From NCBI GenBank assembly GCA_965287045.1, contig OZ336871.1, forward strand, positions 64,542,001 to 64,606,000: a DNA stretch of 64,000 bases, read 5' to 3'. The DNA comes from Carcharhinus amblyrhynchos (lineage: Eukaryota). A program made the position numbers and the translations under genes. Shown piece by piece: positions 14,073-28,299 of this stretch (position 1 is its first letter; each line of letters starts with the position of its first letter). The notes under the pieces are model-generated. The model did not search any database, was not told the origin of the DNA, and saw nothing but the letters and a program-made list of their open reading frames with translations.

Positions 14073-17000
14073 GTAAAAGGTTTAATTCGTATCAGGTTTC
14101 TATCCGCACAGGTAGAATTAAATACAAGAACTGTCTGATTAATGATATGTGTTTAGAATTAAATATTATACAAACCGTACGAGCTTCTGGACATGATGTG
14201 CTTAATTTAGCATCTAGTTTCCGTTTGAACTTGCTACTTTGTATCTATTTTTGGGTTCGTATTTTGTTTATAATCAATTTCTTGTTTTTTTTTTACCATT
14301 GCGCGAGAATTTGATTAAAACTGCATTTGCTTCGAGAAGTCCAAAGAACTTTTTAACTCAAACTCCAAGACCTTGATGCAGTATTTTTGAAAAGTTTTGG
14401 GCGTCAGCAGGAAATGCTCTGAGATGCCTTGTATTATGCTAACCGACAAACACGTGAGAAGTTCCCAATTTGAGTTTAAAAAAATCCGAAAATCGCTATC
14501 GAATGTTTTTTCTTGTATACTAGGTGAGATGTGATGTGGAAGGAAAGCATTTAAATGTTTTGAGGCGTTTCGCTTAAACGTTAATATGCAATCGATTATT
14601 CCATCGAGTTTAAAATTAAATGCACGAGGATCATTCAAAAATGCTATTGCCCAAACATACATGATATAATATCCTAGGTTCATTCTATCTTTTTCAGGAG
14701 TTGGAGTTAAATATTAATTTTTCAGTCTTTTGAGTCTTAGGCTGTCTTAAAACCACTTACTTCAGAAAGTAATGTCAGCTGTTGCATTTTTAAAGAAGTC
14801 ACCAATGGTTCTAGCGTTTCAAATGGATCTACAAGTTGAATTGGTTTGTGATAGGTTACATTTCTTGTGCCAAATTACTGGTTTTGTTTTTGACTAGGAT
14901 GTGATGTTTTTTCTCTAGTGGCCCTCATCGCCCCCGCTTTCCTCTCTTCCCCCCCCCCCCCCCCCCAGGATTTTATGCACAACAAATTTTGAACGTATGA
15001 TTTAAAATGAAACCAATTTTATCCCATCTTCAAAGTAAGTTTGCAGGAGCTTTTACTTAATGTAATTTGACTTTTTTGTAGTCCTGTGAGGTTACACCTT
15101 GAGGTTGCTACATTTTAAGAGATACAAATGGTTGAAAGGGCAAAATTTAGTATGGGAGGAAGGGGCTTTAGGTAACTTCCTATCTTGACATTCTTTTTCT
15201 CTTCCATTCTTCCATATAGCATTTTGAACTCTGTCCACACTACTTTTATTCAGTGGTCTATGTAACTAATTAGTGCAACATGACTAAAATATCAATTTTG
15301 AGTGTTTTTTTTATATTTTTGAATCTAATCCAGGAATTGATAATACTGAGGGGCATGAAGACTTGAATCCAAAACTTATGTAAATGATGTAACTTCATGA
15401 ATAATACCATGTATTATGAGACTGATTTGTATAATTTAACACTTTTTAAAGTAACTCAATCTAATGATCAAAATTGATTAGGTAGGGTAGAAACTGTACA
15501 ACTGTTCTGTTAATTTTACTAATTTTGCATTGCAGTTCTTGATTTAATAAGCAAAGATTGAATAGACGTGAAGCAAGTTGATTCGTCCATTCTACTCTTT
15601 CATGATAAAACTTGAAATTTTCAAGAGTACATATGGTTCATCCTCGTACTTTTTAACCATTTTATCACATGAATGGCTTAGTTATTAGCAAGAGTTTAAA
15701 AAAATCTGAGTGGTATCAACCTTTTTGATTCTTGCTTTTGCATCACCTTTTTAAAACTTGTGCCCATTCTTTGTTTTGATCTAGAAAGTCATTGTTTGAG
15801 TTATTTTGGACTTCATATTGGTAAATACATTCTGAAATATAGGTCATATTGCACACTTAATTTGAAAACACAGTTATCATGTGGGATTTTCTGAAACCTG
15901 AATTTAAGATGTTGTGTCCATTTATTGCTAGTGTGCAGTTGAAATGTCTTTGCACAGATATGAAAGTGGAAGCATAGTCCTGGGATTAATTGCTAGTGTG
16001 ACTTGTGTGCAGACTAAAATGCTGCAGTATGCAGTCTCCTCGAGAGGCCATCTTGAGTTCTGAGTAAGATACCTTGAATCTGGGTAAAAAGCAGGGTTTA
16101 AAATTGCTGTTGTCATCCATTGGATCGCTAAGATTTCATATGTAAATGAAACACACGAATACTGGACGCAAGAGGAAATTGAAAGTCTGTCTTTCCTAAT
16201 GGAGACTTTACCTTGAGAAGTGAAACTTTGGTACACATAAACCAAGACATGCAGTGCTCTATTGGCAGGTAGTGTGCTTTTGTAGTTTGCACAACAGCTC
16301 GTGTCTGGCCTCGTTGTGCATTCTACAGCTGGTGTCCCGTCAGTACTGTAGTATGACATAAGAATCACAATTGAAAATAAATATCTCAACCATTAACACG
16401 TTTTGTGAAATATCAAGTGAGAAAGAGGTTGTGTTTCAAAAGGTTGCTTGGTTTCCAGAATCTTATTTGCAATCTGGCCCAGTAAGTTGATAACTTGGGT
16501 ATTATTTTGTAGGCCTTAAGATCAAATACCAATCTTATGAGTTTGAGGTCAATGCATGAAATTCAGTTGCCTTCTTGGAAAGAAGACTTGATTTTTTGAG
16601 GTGGATGTGGGGTGAAGGAAGGGGAAAAGTTAACAAAGTCAGATCAAATTCTAATAATCATTTGTAATGGGTTTGAAGAAATTCTTGGCTCCATCAATTG
16701 TGACCACAACCAAATTGAGGTATGCACTGTGCATTTACATAATTCAAACATAATTGAAGTTTAGAATATTTGTAATGTGTATCACTTTTAGTAAGTCCAA
16801 ACATTAGCATTTCATTTTCTGACTTCTTTGAAAATATGTATAAAATATTCAAAGCCTTGATGGTGAATATGCTACATAAATACAAGTTGTATATATTGAA
16901 AAGCATATGTGGATTTTTAAAAAAATGGATTGCTCTAGATAAGTTGCCCAAAGATCAATTTAATATTTGAATATAACTTCCTTGTGTCCATTATGACTGA

Positions 17001-20000
17001 TAAATTCATATGTAAATCAATGGTTGTGAAATAGGATTGATCAGCTAACTTTATTTAGTCATTTTGCTATGGCAGTTTTTGGAATCTTGCATACGTATCA
17101 GTACAGGAGCCCACCCAGTTAGCTGGTATGTGAATTCTGTGAGCTGTACTTAAAGCCTTTCCTACACAAATATTCACTTTGGTCCGAAGAACTGAATTAG
17201 TGAACATACCTTTTGGTATTTGCATTCTCCCACTTTGCTTTATGTAATTTTTTTTCAAATATTGCTTTGTAGGGGTTCATTGGATCGGGCCAGAATTTGC
17301 AAATGGGGGGAGAAATGCTTGCTTTACTAATAACAGACCAACAATTGATATATGCAACTGTTTCACTGTGGTCTTCCTGCTCAGTTTTCATCAATGCACA
17401 ATGTGCATATTTATCCAAATGCCAGAGTCCTGCATTTTTTTTCATGTTTCATTGGGAAATTCAGTTTGAATTATCTAGTTTTTTTTCCTCTTGTGACTTG
17501 ATGTGCATAGTTGAGCAGCGAGTAGTTTCCCTCGTTTGTTCATTTTTGCCTCGAGGTTTGGAGGCAAAGTGAGTGTGGTACTGCTAATCCACATCCTCAT
17601 CACGTAAAGAAAGGTCAAGAGGTGGTGTTAGTAAGGGTTTCCATAAAGTTGTGTTGAGGCCAGAGGACCAATCAGGATAAAGTGTGCTTAATTTGTTATT
17701 CAAAGTGAAATTCTTGGGCCCAGCAGTCACTGCATTCCAGCTCGCGTTGGAACGTTCAGAACTGACGTGGGTACGCCCACCATTGCAAAAGCGACCTTTG
17801 TACCTGCTGTGAAAGGCAGGTTGGGAATATGGTGCCATAGAGCACTTACTGAAGCGTTAAAAGGATGAAAGACTGCACACTGTTATTGGAGAGGGCATGG
17901 TCAAAGCTTACTTGATAGAAGGGTGGGAGTATGTAATGGGGGAGGGTTAAACCTTTTAAGATGTCTTTGCCTCATGTTTGAATATATGCTTTAAATTTTC
18001 AAAATGCACACCCAAACTATGCATATTTATTGGCTTCACAGGTTCTTTTTCAGTTAGTATTTGCAGGGCAAAATTATTACAAAGAAATTGAGAAAATCTA
18101 TAATCAGTTACTGTAAAATCGTTTAATGAATTCCCAACTGAGATCCTATTCACATACACAAGTTTGAATGATATGGGAAGCGTGTGTATGTCTCTCCCAT
18201 TTTGATGTTTGTAGCCGAGATCTGTAGTCTTTACTTGATGTCACAGCAGCTGGTGTCCAGTGGACAATGTACATGCTCACAATCTGATTATGCAAACAGC
18301 CTGCTGTCATTTGTACAACGGGCAGTTTAGTATTGGGGGGGATGGGTACAGATCTGACACTTGCACCTGGGGTTAAAATCTGTCTTAAGAATTTTGGTAG
18401 CTATATGAGTAATACTTTATGAACAAAGTATTCTCTAAACAGTGTCATTTATTTTCCTGGAATGAAATTGTAAACACTTTTTTTTTAGAAAAAACCTGCT
18501 TCATGTGCATTTTGGAGAAGGGAAGCTTGAGGCCCAAATTGATTGCTGTATCTGTAAAGTAATGAAAAATGTCTGTGAAGTAGTGGGTGTTCTTTCCTCT
18601 GTCTAGGGTTACTTCCTCCTTGACCTCTGACTACAATCAGTAAAGAGGGCAGCCATTGCATACTAGGCAGCTGAACTGCTTTTGATTGTTGAATCATGTT
18701 TAGGGTATCTGTGATTTCCTACCACAAATATCGTTTTTCTTGTTTTGTAGATATTTTGGCATTAAGAGTGTGGAAATAGTTTGTTTTATGCCATGTCATT
18801 CCATAATGCTGTTTATGGCATATAATAAATCTGTTATGTTTAACTCTTAATTCTGGATAGAAGTGTCTGTGCTGTGGTGCAGCCTTAGAACAACAATTTG
18901 CTAAATGCAGAGAGGATGGCCAGTATAATCTGACACGTTTATTCAGTATATTGACTCAAACAGCTTAACAACTCTTCATTATATTTTGAAACTGGTTTAA
19001 TTGTTCACCTTATGTATTTAATTTCAATCTGTGGCTTATTTCCGTTACAAATTTCCTACAGTTAACTTTAGTGTTGTCTTTAAATTCAATGAGACCTAAC
19101 ATTATGCACTTGTGTTTAACCGTGTATTGGATCTAATTGATCAAAATTATTTTAGGGGATGGGGCAATAGAAATTGGATCAAATTCCTGGATCCAGGCTG
19201 ACTGCAATAACATTTCTGGAGAGTTGCTCTTGTGTGGTCTAAAGTTTTGATTTTTCCCTGCACCACTATTAACATACTTGGTCCAATGTTTTGGGATTTT
19301 TTTTAACTCAATATTTAACTGTGCTAAATTTCTAAACTTTGGGTTCAATCAGGAAAGTGTGCATGGTGATTTTTTTTTAAACCATGAATGGAGCACAAAT
19401 TTCTTGGCTCAAAGAAAGCTTTAAGAATGTTTCTTACATTGAGGACATCTTTTGAGTGACAGGGAATCAATTTCTTCATTTGTACCAGAAATCTGGCAAA
19501 AGCAGATGCAAACTATCTTTTCTGTCTATTTTGAGCTTCACAGCGTACCCATGGTAGTCATTGAGACATTGCAGGAATGAGCAAATGACTGCAATTAAAA
19601 TAAGTGAAAAATTTTGCTTACTAGTAATAAATGGTGTGGGTTGGTTTTTAATGGCCAACTGTTAACATGGGAGTGGCTAATCTTGGTAACAATTTTGATT
19701 AATTTGTTACTAACTGCACTTCACCTGAAGCATAACCATGTTCCTTTCTTAGATGTGTAGAATATGTGGAAAGTGCCACTTATGGATGTGGTGTTACTGT
19801 CAGTTGCAAATGTGATGTATAGTTTTTATACAAGTTTCCAAATGAATATTACCATTCTGAACTGGTAAATTTAATCTAAGAAAGGTACATGATTATGGTT
19901 CAGGTAAAGTGCAATTTAGTAACAACTTCAAAATCTGTTTGATTCGTTTTGATATATCTAGTTTTTGCATGATTTGATCATGTTTGACGTTTCTGAAAAT

Positions 20001-21680
20001 CACTGGTAATAAAACAAAACAATATTTAGAGCAGAAGTTGTAGAATACAATACCTATGGACGATCACTTGATAGATGCATCGTAATATGGCTTATATTTT
20101 GAATCTTTGTGTCAGGTTTTTAATTCAGCAGCATTGAAGTTGTATTAAAATCTAATTTAGAAATCTTCCAATATACAGCTGTGTATTGAACTGATGAGCC
20201 ATATCTGATGTGACACTGGACAATGAAAACATGTGTTGGTGTTCTTTGCTAATGTTATGCATAATAGAACAGTCCAAAAATTAATGGTGCACCACAGGAC
20301 ACTATACAACTATTAATTACAATGTAGCTTAACAATTATAAAACTGAAAGTCTCAATATAACAAAGGTGTTCTAACTTCTGCTTGAGTTTATTTTATAAC
20401 AGTCTTGAGCTTGATGGTTCGGAGTATAGTCACATTCTCTTAACCCCTGAAAATTGGTTATGTTTACCTGCTTTTTCTTCACTTGTATGTTGCGCACACA
20501 GTACAAACAAGATCAAAATTCTAAAATAAGTGGCACAGGTTAATGTATGTGATGTTTTGTATTTACTAATATTGAAATGATTATATTGCCATAGCTATTT
20601 AATATTAAAGATGTAAATACTCTCTTAAAACTTTGTATTCATTTAATTACATGGTTAAGTGGCATTCTTCATGCCTGCTGGGATTTCTGGACACCAAATA
20701 CATTGTTTAACAAAAAGCTGAATCATGACCTATATAATTTCAGTTAACATTCATCTATATTCAGAAATGTGATTTGTCCTTTTACTGAATTGATAAATAT
20801 CAATACCTTCAACTCTTCAGACTCTTGTTGACTGTTGAATATTAAGAATTTCAACCTCTGGGAACCTGTGCACATTTCTGTAAACTGACTAATAGAATAT
20901 TTTAAATGTTTAGATTAATACTTGACACAGCAATTTGAAAGAAATCAAAACTAGAGTTCTAGCTTTGTAAAGACAGCAAAATTATATAATATTCGTCGTC
21001 TATGCAATCCATCTGTAAAAAGTGATTTATGAATCCTTTCATTACAATACAAAGATGATCTATTTGCAACCTTTTAGACATGCATAACTTATTACATGGG
21101 AATGAAAATGCAGCCTACAAATCATTCAGTCTTAATTGAATTTAAAAATCTTGTCAAAAAGCCCAAATACCTGACGTGATTTTTGAGATTTCTCGTGTTT
21201 GTCAAACTTCACTCTGTACACAATGAATCGAAATGAACTGTACTGTAACTTGTAAACGTGTTTTTAGAATGCATGTAATTTGAAATAGTTGTATCCATTA
21301 TTGTAAGCAAATTGGCTTAAGTCAGCAAAATGTACCAGTTTTACTGCAATAAAATTTAGCTTGCTGTTCACTTACAACCCAAATGTCTCTCAATAAAATG
21401 GTGACTAGTTTTAGAAAATAGTTAATTTGAAGGGATTTTTTAAATGTGCTGTCTGCAGATCGTGGCAATATTTAAAAATTATCTACTTTGGAAATGAAAT
21501 GATATGCACTTTGAACAAATTTTAAATTGTAAGGTGCAAATGGCACAGCTTTCTTTTTCTATGACTGACTACTAGAGTTGTATGCTACGTGAAATTTTGC
21601 CAGTGGCCGTAGAGAAGGTAAAGGAGGATATGTCTTTAACCTGTTCTGAAGAATGAGTCATAAGATAGTTCTATGATTCT

Positions 21681-21736
21681 TAAACCTATTCTTAAAAATG
21701 AATCACTTTAAATCTATTCTTAAGAATGAGTCACTT
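21681..21736 (+). repeat. 28-bp tandem duplication
   Basis: TAAACCTATTCTTAAAAATGAATCACTT followed by TAAATCTATTCTTAAGAATGAGTCACTT. Confidence 0.85.
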
Positions 21737-23639
21737 TTATATAGTTCAATCATAACAGCTGCTGAAATATTAAAATACAAGTGGCAAAAGTTGATGTGCT
21801 GCTTTCCTGAATTTGAAGTTCTGTGCAATTTTAATCTACGTTGTAACTTTTAAAACCCCAGATAAAATTGGATTTGCTGTTGCACTTCAAATTGCTAGTC
21901 ACAAGTTTGATCTTTTATTCCAAAAGATTGAAAGGTTATCTAATATGATTAATGCAATCAATATATTCCTGATTAAACAGACTAATGTAGAAAAATTAAT
22001 GTTAGTATTAAAATAAATTTAACTTAATATCAAGCTTGTTTTTGTGCTCGGTTTCACCTTCTCTACTGAAAACATTTGCTTATTCCCTCCCCAAACCATT
22101 GTTCCTCTTCCTTATCAGAGGTTCTTTAAATCCTGACTCTTTGCCCAAACTTTGGATTATCTATCCTATTGTGTGCCTTATGAGTTTTCTTTTTGATACA
22201 CCTTGTACTATGTTTTAAAAATACTATGTAATGCAAGATCTTGTTTTTAATGCCAGGGTGTAATTGCACTAGGCAGTTTTGAGTACCTCAACATGATGCA
22301 AGTGCTGACTGGCTAATCAAATGGGGAAATCTCAGCTGAACTTGATCTTGTCCCTATCGTATGCTTTCAGCAAGGGTCACCTGATCATGTTTGGGAGCCA
22401 GTTTACTGGCTGTGCTTTCTCCTGTAAACTAGGGGCACCAAGATCAATTGTAAGACTTGACTGCTGCTGTGGCTAAGGCTAGGTAAATCAACCCAAGTTA
22501 CTGATGTACCTCAGACTTCCTCAAAAGTTGGATGGGTTTATTGATTTCTTGTATTTAAATGTTTGCTCTAAAATTCAATTCGTTTTAACAGTTTATCTTG
22601 ATATTAAATGCTGGTAATGCATCCCAAGAATAACTACATTTCTCAAATTCAAACTGCTTCAGAATGATTTCTGTGTTAAAATGGCTGAATTTGAAGTTTT
22701 CCTTTTTAAATTTAAGTTTCTTGGGACCTGGTTAAAAATTGTGTACTGGTTGTAAAGTTATTTCCAGAAAGAAAATTTCAGCACCCATGACCTCTTTATG
22801 AAGACTGAAATTCATTCATAATTTAAGATTTTGTATAGAAGGATATTAAGTTGTATTTAAACTAGCTATAGAGTATTTAATAATACATTCATTCAATTTT
22901 TTTCTGAACTTTCTACAAAATATATAAACGTAGCATTAAGGTTTAATTTCTAGGTTCCATTTTGTCAAATTTGAATTGGTTTGAGATGTTAAATGGGCTA
23001 TATAAATGCAAGTTGTTGTATTTGCTATTAAAATTGGCAGGAACAATTGTGTACACACTGACCATTCAATAACTGGCCCATCTTTAGCCTTGGGTGTGTT
23101 TTTGTTCTTTAAATGTCTCCCTTATTTCTTTTGTTCCTCCCATCCCATTTCTTTCTTGATGGAGTAAGATTTTACCAAGTGCCTAGGACTCTTTAGCAAC
23201 TTGTTTAAGTGGGCATTGTTCACTTGAAGCCTTTGAGACTGATGGATAGTTGAAAATATAACTCATCTGGCTTTGCTTTTGCTACCCTGCTCTATCTCTC
23301 AGAATCCTGATAGTGACAACATTTTTTTTGTCTTTTAATATAGTAAAACAAGCCAGGGTACTTCAAGGATAGTATTAAGCAGAATTTGATTAAACAAAAT
23401 GTTTATCCTTGGTCTTTTGCATCCTTTAGTGCTTGTAGTTGTGGAAAATTAATCTATGCTATATTTGCAACACAACCACTCCAGCAATATCCTCAATCAT
23501 CATTTACAAATTCCTTTATAGCTTTGCAACCTGTCCAGCCCTGACACCCCTCTCCAGCCTGTGTTCCTGGTGTCCATTAACACAAATCGCTAGAGCTAGT
23601 GCACTAGTAGAAGAAAATCATTTAAGGAGTCTAATGAAA

Positions 23640-24740
23640 TGTTAACCTTATCCCAAGGGATGAAATACAAAGGGTGGATGCTATTTCAGTTCAGAGAAGA
23701 TTTCGCTCAAATTGGGATCAGTTTTGGGTGCTGAATCTCAGGAAAAATATATTGATCTTGAGAGGTATGGGGTTGATTAATCAGACTGAAGTTCAGTGTT
23801 CCAGTTATGAGCTGTGTAGCATAAAATTCATTTTTATTGTTTAATAGATTGGAGGCTGACCTAATGGAAATAGTTAAAATGGTAAGGATTCATTAGAGTA
23901 GATAAGAGAAACTATTTCTTCTGGAAAATGAATATATAAGGGCAAAGAGCTGGGTAAATTGAGCAACAAAATTAGGAAGCACTTCATAATTTTGAAGAGG
24001 AAGATGATGATGATGGACTTCAAAAGGACATAACGGGCTGACACGATAGATTAAGTTTTAATGCAGAGAGGTGAGGTGATGCACTTTGTAAGAAGGAGAG
24101 GCAATATAAGAAAGGGCACAATTCCTCACAGATACTGCAGTAGCGATACCTGGAGCATATGTGCACAAATTTAAAGTGGCAGGACAGATGTGAGTGTGGA
24201 GAATAAGGTATAGAGATCCTACGCTTTATAAATTGAGGCAAAGACTACAAAAACAAGGATAGTACAATGATCCCTTACAAAATACTGGGCTGGCCTCCAC
24301 TCTAGTACATTGTGTCCAATTCTGATACTTTTGTGACTAGAGAAACAAGGGTGTTGAAAAGGATTTTGAGTGGTTCCAGGGATGAGAGACTTCAGGTACC
24401 TCTAGATTTGAAAAGCTAGGAGCTACTCTCAAAACAGAAAAGTTTGAGAGGGGATTTGATGAAAGTGTTAAATCATGATGGGTTTAAGCCATGCAGCTGA
24501 ACCAAAGGACAAAGATTTAAAATGATTGACAAAAGAAGGAAGGGCTAGAATTTGTAGTACACTGCCTGAAAGGTCGGGTTTAGACTAGCTGAGTTGCGAT
24601 TGCAGAGAGCTGGTATGCACATAGCACACTGCATTCTGTGCTGCAGCCATTACATGAAGTTCAGATCAACCATGGTCTAATCTGAATAGTGGAAAAGGCT
24701 CAAGGGGTGGAATGGCCAGCTCCTGTTTCTATGCTATAAA
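23640..24740 (+). mobile_element. Degraded CR1 LINE 3' fragments (at least two)
   Basis: CR1 RT C-terminal remnants (TTTAATGCAGAGAGGTGAGGTGATGCACTTT, CTAGTAC..TGTGTCCAATTCTG, GAGAGGGGATTTGAT) and tail GAATGGCCAGCTCCTGTTTCTATG. Confidence 0.65.
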
Positions 24741-26784
24741 CTGACCTCTGTTCACTAGCACAGGTGGTAGAACCTCTAGGATTCTTTGCCCTAAACTTAA
24801 ATCCCTTTGCATTGTTTTCAAAAGTGTCTTGGAAGTAATGGACCAAGAAGTGTGTTTTTAGTCACTTCCCTAAACAGTAGAGATCTTTCTGAGGAAATCC
24901 CTTGAGACATTTCGCTATTGTGGAGAAGGCTTGTATTTTTGGGGATTACCTACATGGAATACACCAACCCAAAATGGTTTCTATCGTTTGCCTCTTCAGT
25001 GGTTGCACTTTCAAAATTGCATTTCACAATATGTACTTTTTAATGTAAATAACTTGTCCTGTAGAAGTTTTGGAGAAAATTCTGAATTGTGATGCATTTC
25101 CAATCAAATCTCAAGACAGATTTAAATCTAAAAGTAAATTGATCATGAACAAATGTGATTTTTCAAAAACTAAATCTACCTCCAGTTTGTCTTGAAGATG
25201 GTTTGTATTTAAGTGTTGTCCTTTTTACTTATAGGCTTGCCTGGCCTGTTGCAGATTAAAATGATTAATTTGTAAATGTTTGCAAAATTTGTCAAGTCGA
25301 GACCCAGAGTATGATCTTTGATTTTCATTCAGATTAGTAATTTCACAAGAAAAAGTTGCAATGTAAAATGGCTTGTAACAAATCAGTGAATAATTTAGAT
25401 TCTGCACTTTCTGAATTTCATTTATTTGTCATTTGAGTTTGGTATAAATTTGAAACTTTAAATGAATGGACTGAGTTTTATGAACTTGTAAATTTGATTT
25501 AAATATCTTGTAATCAGAAGTCTTGAATGCTGTTTATATCGAAATCTTTTGAGCCCAGCCTGAAATCAAATCTTAGTATTGTCCAATTGTAATCTGATTT
25601 GTTTAATTCAGATTTGAAAACACTTGTGCTGAATATTAATACTTTTAACTTCCTTTTGAAATTCAAGAAAAAAATGTATTGCTGAAGCCTGCGGTACAGA
25701 GCATTTGAACAAATGTAGATCTGCATCTTGGCAAATAGCAAAACTTAAATGGAAGCATGTGAACGTGTCTGAGCAAAACTTGATCAAATTGGTTACAACT
25801 TCACATCCTAATTACCAAAATGAAGCACTAGAAAGATCCTGTTTCTAAAAACTACACCATTTCGCCTCTCTGATTTGTGATCTTATTTGAAAATAGAGAA
25901 TGTAAAATAGCCCGCAATTGAAATAAATGTTTGGCTGATCCATTTACTTCAGGATGGATGCCGAGGCCCTTTTAGGCAAACCAGAGGTTCACCAAAATGA
26001 TATTGGTGATCAAGGAGAAAGCATTCTTTCTCAAAGTGTTAGGGGGCAATCCTGGTTTTAAAACGTGGGGTTTAGATAGCAGTAATTTGCTCAGAACTAC
26101 TTGTTCTGATTAAGTTGGTAACCAGATGGTAGAAGGTTAAGGTAATTAGAAGAATTGAGAAAATATTTTTATGAAGAGAGCTACAAAGACCTGATGTCCC
26201 AGGCATGCTCGTGGAACTATGATGGGAAGGAGTGGGGTAGCGCAGCAGTTTGAAAGTGAAGTTTAAAAGATGTTAGAAGGTCAGGGTAAAGTGGATAGTT
26301 TTTAAAGTTCGTACATTCATGGTAGTCTAACTGGCTATCACCATTTGTAAAATTCAGTTTTCGAAAAACTGAGTAGAAAGTGACTCTGTTATCTGGCAAA
26401 GACTAGATTTTGGAGGAGACCTGATAAGAGACTTCCAAATTTATGAAGGCATCTAGTTGAAAAAAAATTTCCACTTCCAGATGAATCCAGACTGAAAGCA
26501 CACCAATAAAATATGGGGGAAAAAGATCAAATAAAGAATTTAAGGAGGAATTTATTTTTGGAGCAGTGAGTATATTAAACTTGTTGCCACATGAAATAAT
26601 TGAAGTAGATAGCATTGATACAAGGAGAGGCCTGATGCATTCATGATGGAGAGAGGGGTAGGGGCTAGTGGGAAAGGTAATTAGAGAAGGGGGAGGTTTG
26701 CATGAATTATAAGCATCTGAACTAGACTCTGAGCTAAATGGTTTGTGTTCTGTACAGTAATTGTATGGAATAATTGTCCTGGAT

Positions 26785-27062
26785 AGAGACAATATACATC
26801 TTTAACTTGTACTTAACTCCCTCGCCACTCACATTGTACCTTTTTAAGACTACTTTACCTGTAAAAACTCACATTCCAACCATTATTTTGTAAATTGAGT
26901 TTGTCTGTTTATGCCCATTGAGAACCCACTCACCTGATGAAGGGGCAGCGCTCTGAAAGCTAGTGGCTTGTGCTAACAAATAAACCTGTTGGACTTTACC
27001 CTGGTGTTTTGAGACTTTTTACTGTGTTTACCCCAGTCCAATACTGGCATCTCCACATGATA
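26785..27062 (+). mobile_element. Penelope-like element terminal-repeat fragment with hammerhead motif
   Basis: CACCTGATGAAGGGGCAGCGCTCTGAAAGCTAGTG followed by AATAAACCTGTTGGACT..CCTGGTGTT, an arrangement typical of vertebrate Penelope pseudo-LTRs. Confidence 0.7.
26931..26965 (+). ncRNA. Minimal type I hammerhead ribozyme motif (activity unknown)
   Basis: CUGAUGA (26934-26940), stem II, GAAA (26955-26958), palindromic AGCU, predicted cleavage after A26962, helix I CAC/GUG. Confidence 0.6.
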
Positions 27063-28299
27063 ATTGTATGTGCAGTTTAAGGGGAAAAGAATGGATCTGG
27101 ATCCCCTAAAAAAACCTTCTGAAATTGAAGAAAAATGCAGAAGACAGGTTTGGAGCATTCCATCACAGAACTGTCTTGATTGGACAGCTAATGATTATGA
27201 TGAACTAATAGGGTAACCTCAAGATAGAGGACTATTAAATAAAGATGCCCATTTTCTGATTCTAGCCTTTGAGAGTAGCAAGAGTGATTCTTAAATGCAA
27301 ATTAATTTACAAGCTCTTTCTATGCAAGTCAATGCAATTGACTGGTGCTTTCAAATCTCTACCTGGTGAATTAATGCCTAGATATAAAATCAACTTGTTC
27401 CATTCCAATTTTGTAGAAAGCAAATTACCTGACTACAGCATGTAGTATACTAGAGTATTACAACTGCTTTCACCAAAGCTTTAGGAAAATGTTGGCATTC
27501 TCTTTGGGAATGAAACTGAAGTTATCCATTTTCAGACAGGGACTGTCTTGTTGCAGTTACTTTTGATAATGGGGACATTGGTGGGATCCAAGAGAAAATG
27601 AAAAATAATTCATCAAGACTGATCTTCCAATGATTTAAAATGTCTCGCCCTTTATTCAACCTCTCCATGGTCCCACCTAAAACTCCAATCACCTCAAACC
27701 TTCAGAAAACTGCATTCCTCCAATATTTACCTGTTGTGTGTGTGTTTCACTTTGTTTGCCACTTCAGCAGTGCAGTCCTTAAGTTCTAAAATTTCCTCTG
27801 CAAATCTTGCCATTTCTGCCCTTCTGTTTTATTTAAGGAGCTTCAAACAACCTAACACCCTAAATAAGCTTTTGGTCTGGATGCCATTTTCTTTATCTAT
27901 ATGTCAACTATTGTCAGATTACGCTCCTGGGAAATGGTGGGGGCAATGCAGAATATTATTATATAACAACGTATCAATGCAAGTTGTTTCAACCTAATCT
28001 CTCTCTCACTGACATTTGGACCAATTTTATACACATTGTGAATAAATCCCAGCTCAACTCTGATTAAATGATGGTAGGGTTCTACTCTTATATAAATTGC
28101 ATCCTTTAGAGCACAGCATCCAAAGCCCTGCGTTTTTGAATTCCCCCTTTCTGATTGTTCTCGTTTTAAGACATTTCTTTAACTTGTGTTTTTGACCAAA
28201 CTTTGGCTATCTGCCCTCGCATCTAATGTGGCAATGCCAAGTATCGTCTCCACTCTAAAACATTATGGCTGGGCTGGGGTGGCCTAAGATGGTTTTGTA

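Noticed and set aside
13967-14683. 115-aa and 122-aa ORFs near exon 2, and other short ORFs in the track
   Set aside because: Off-frame or antisense to the real exon, mostly non-ATG starts, and no recognisable domains.
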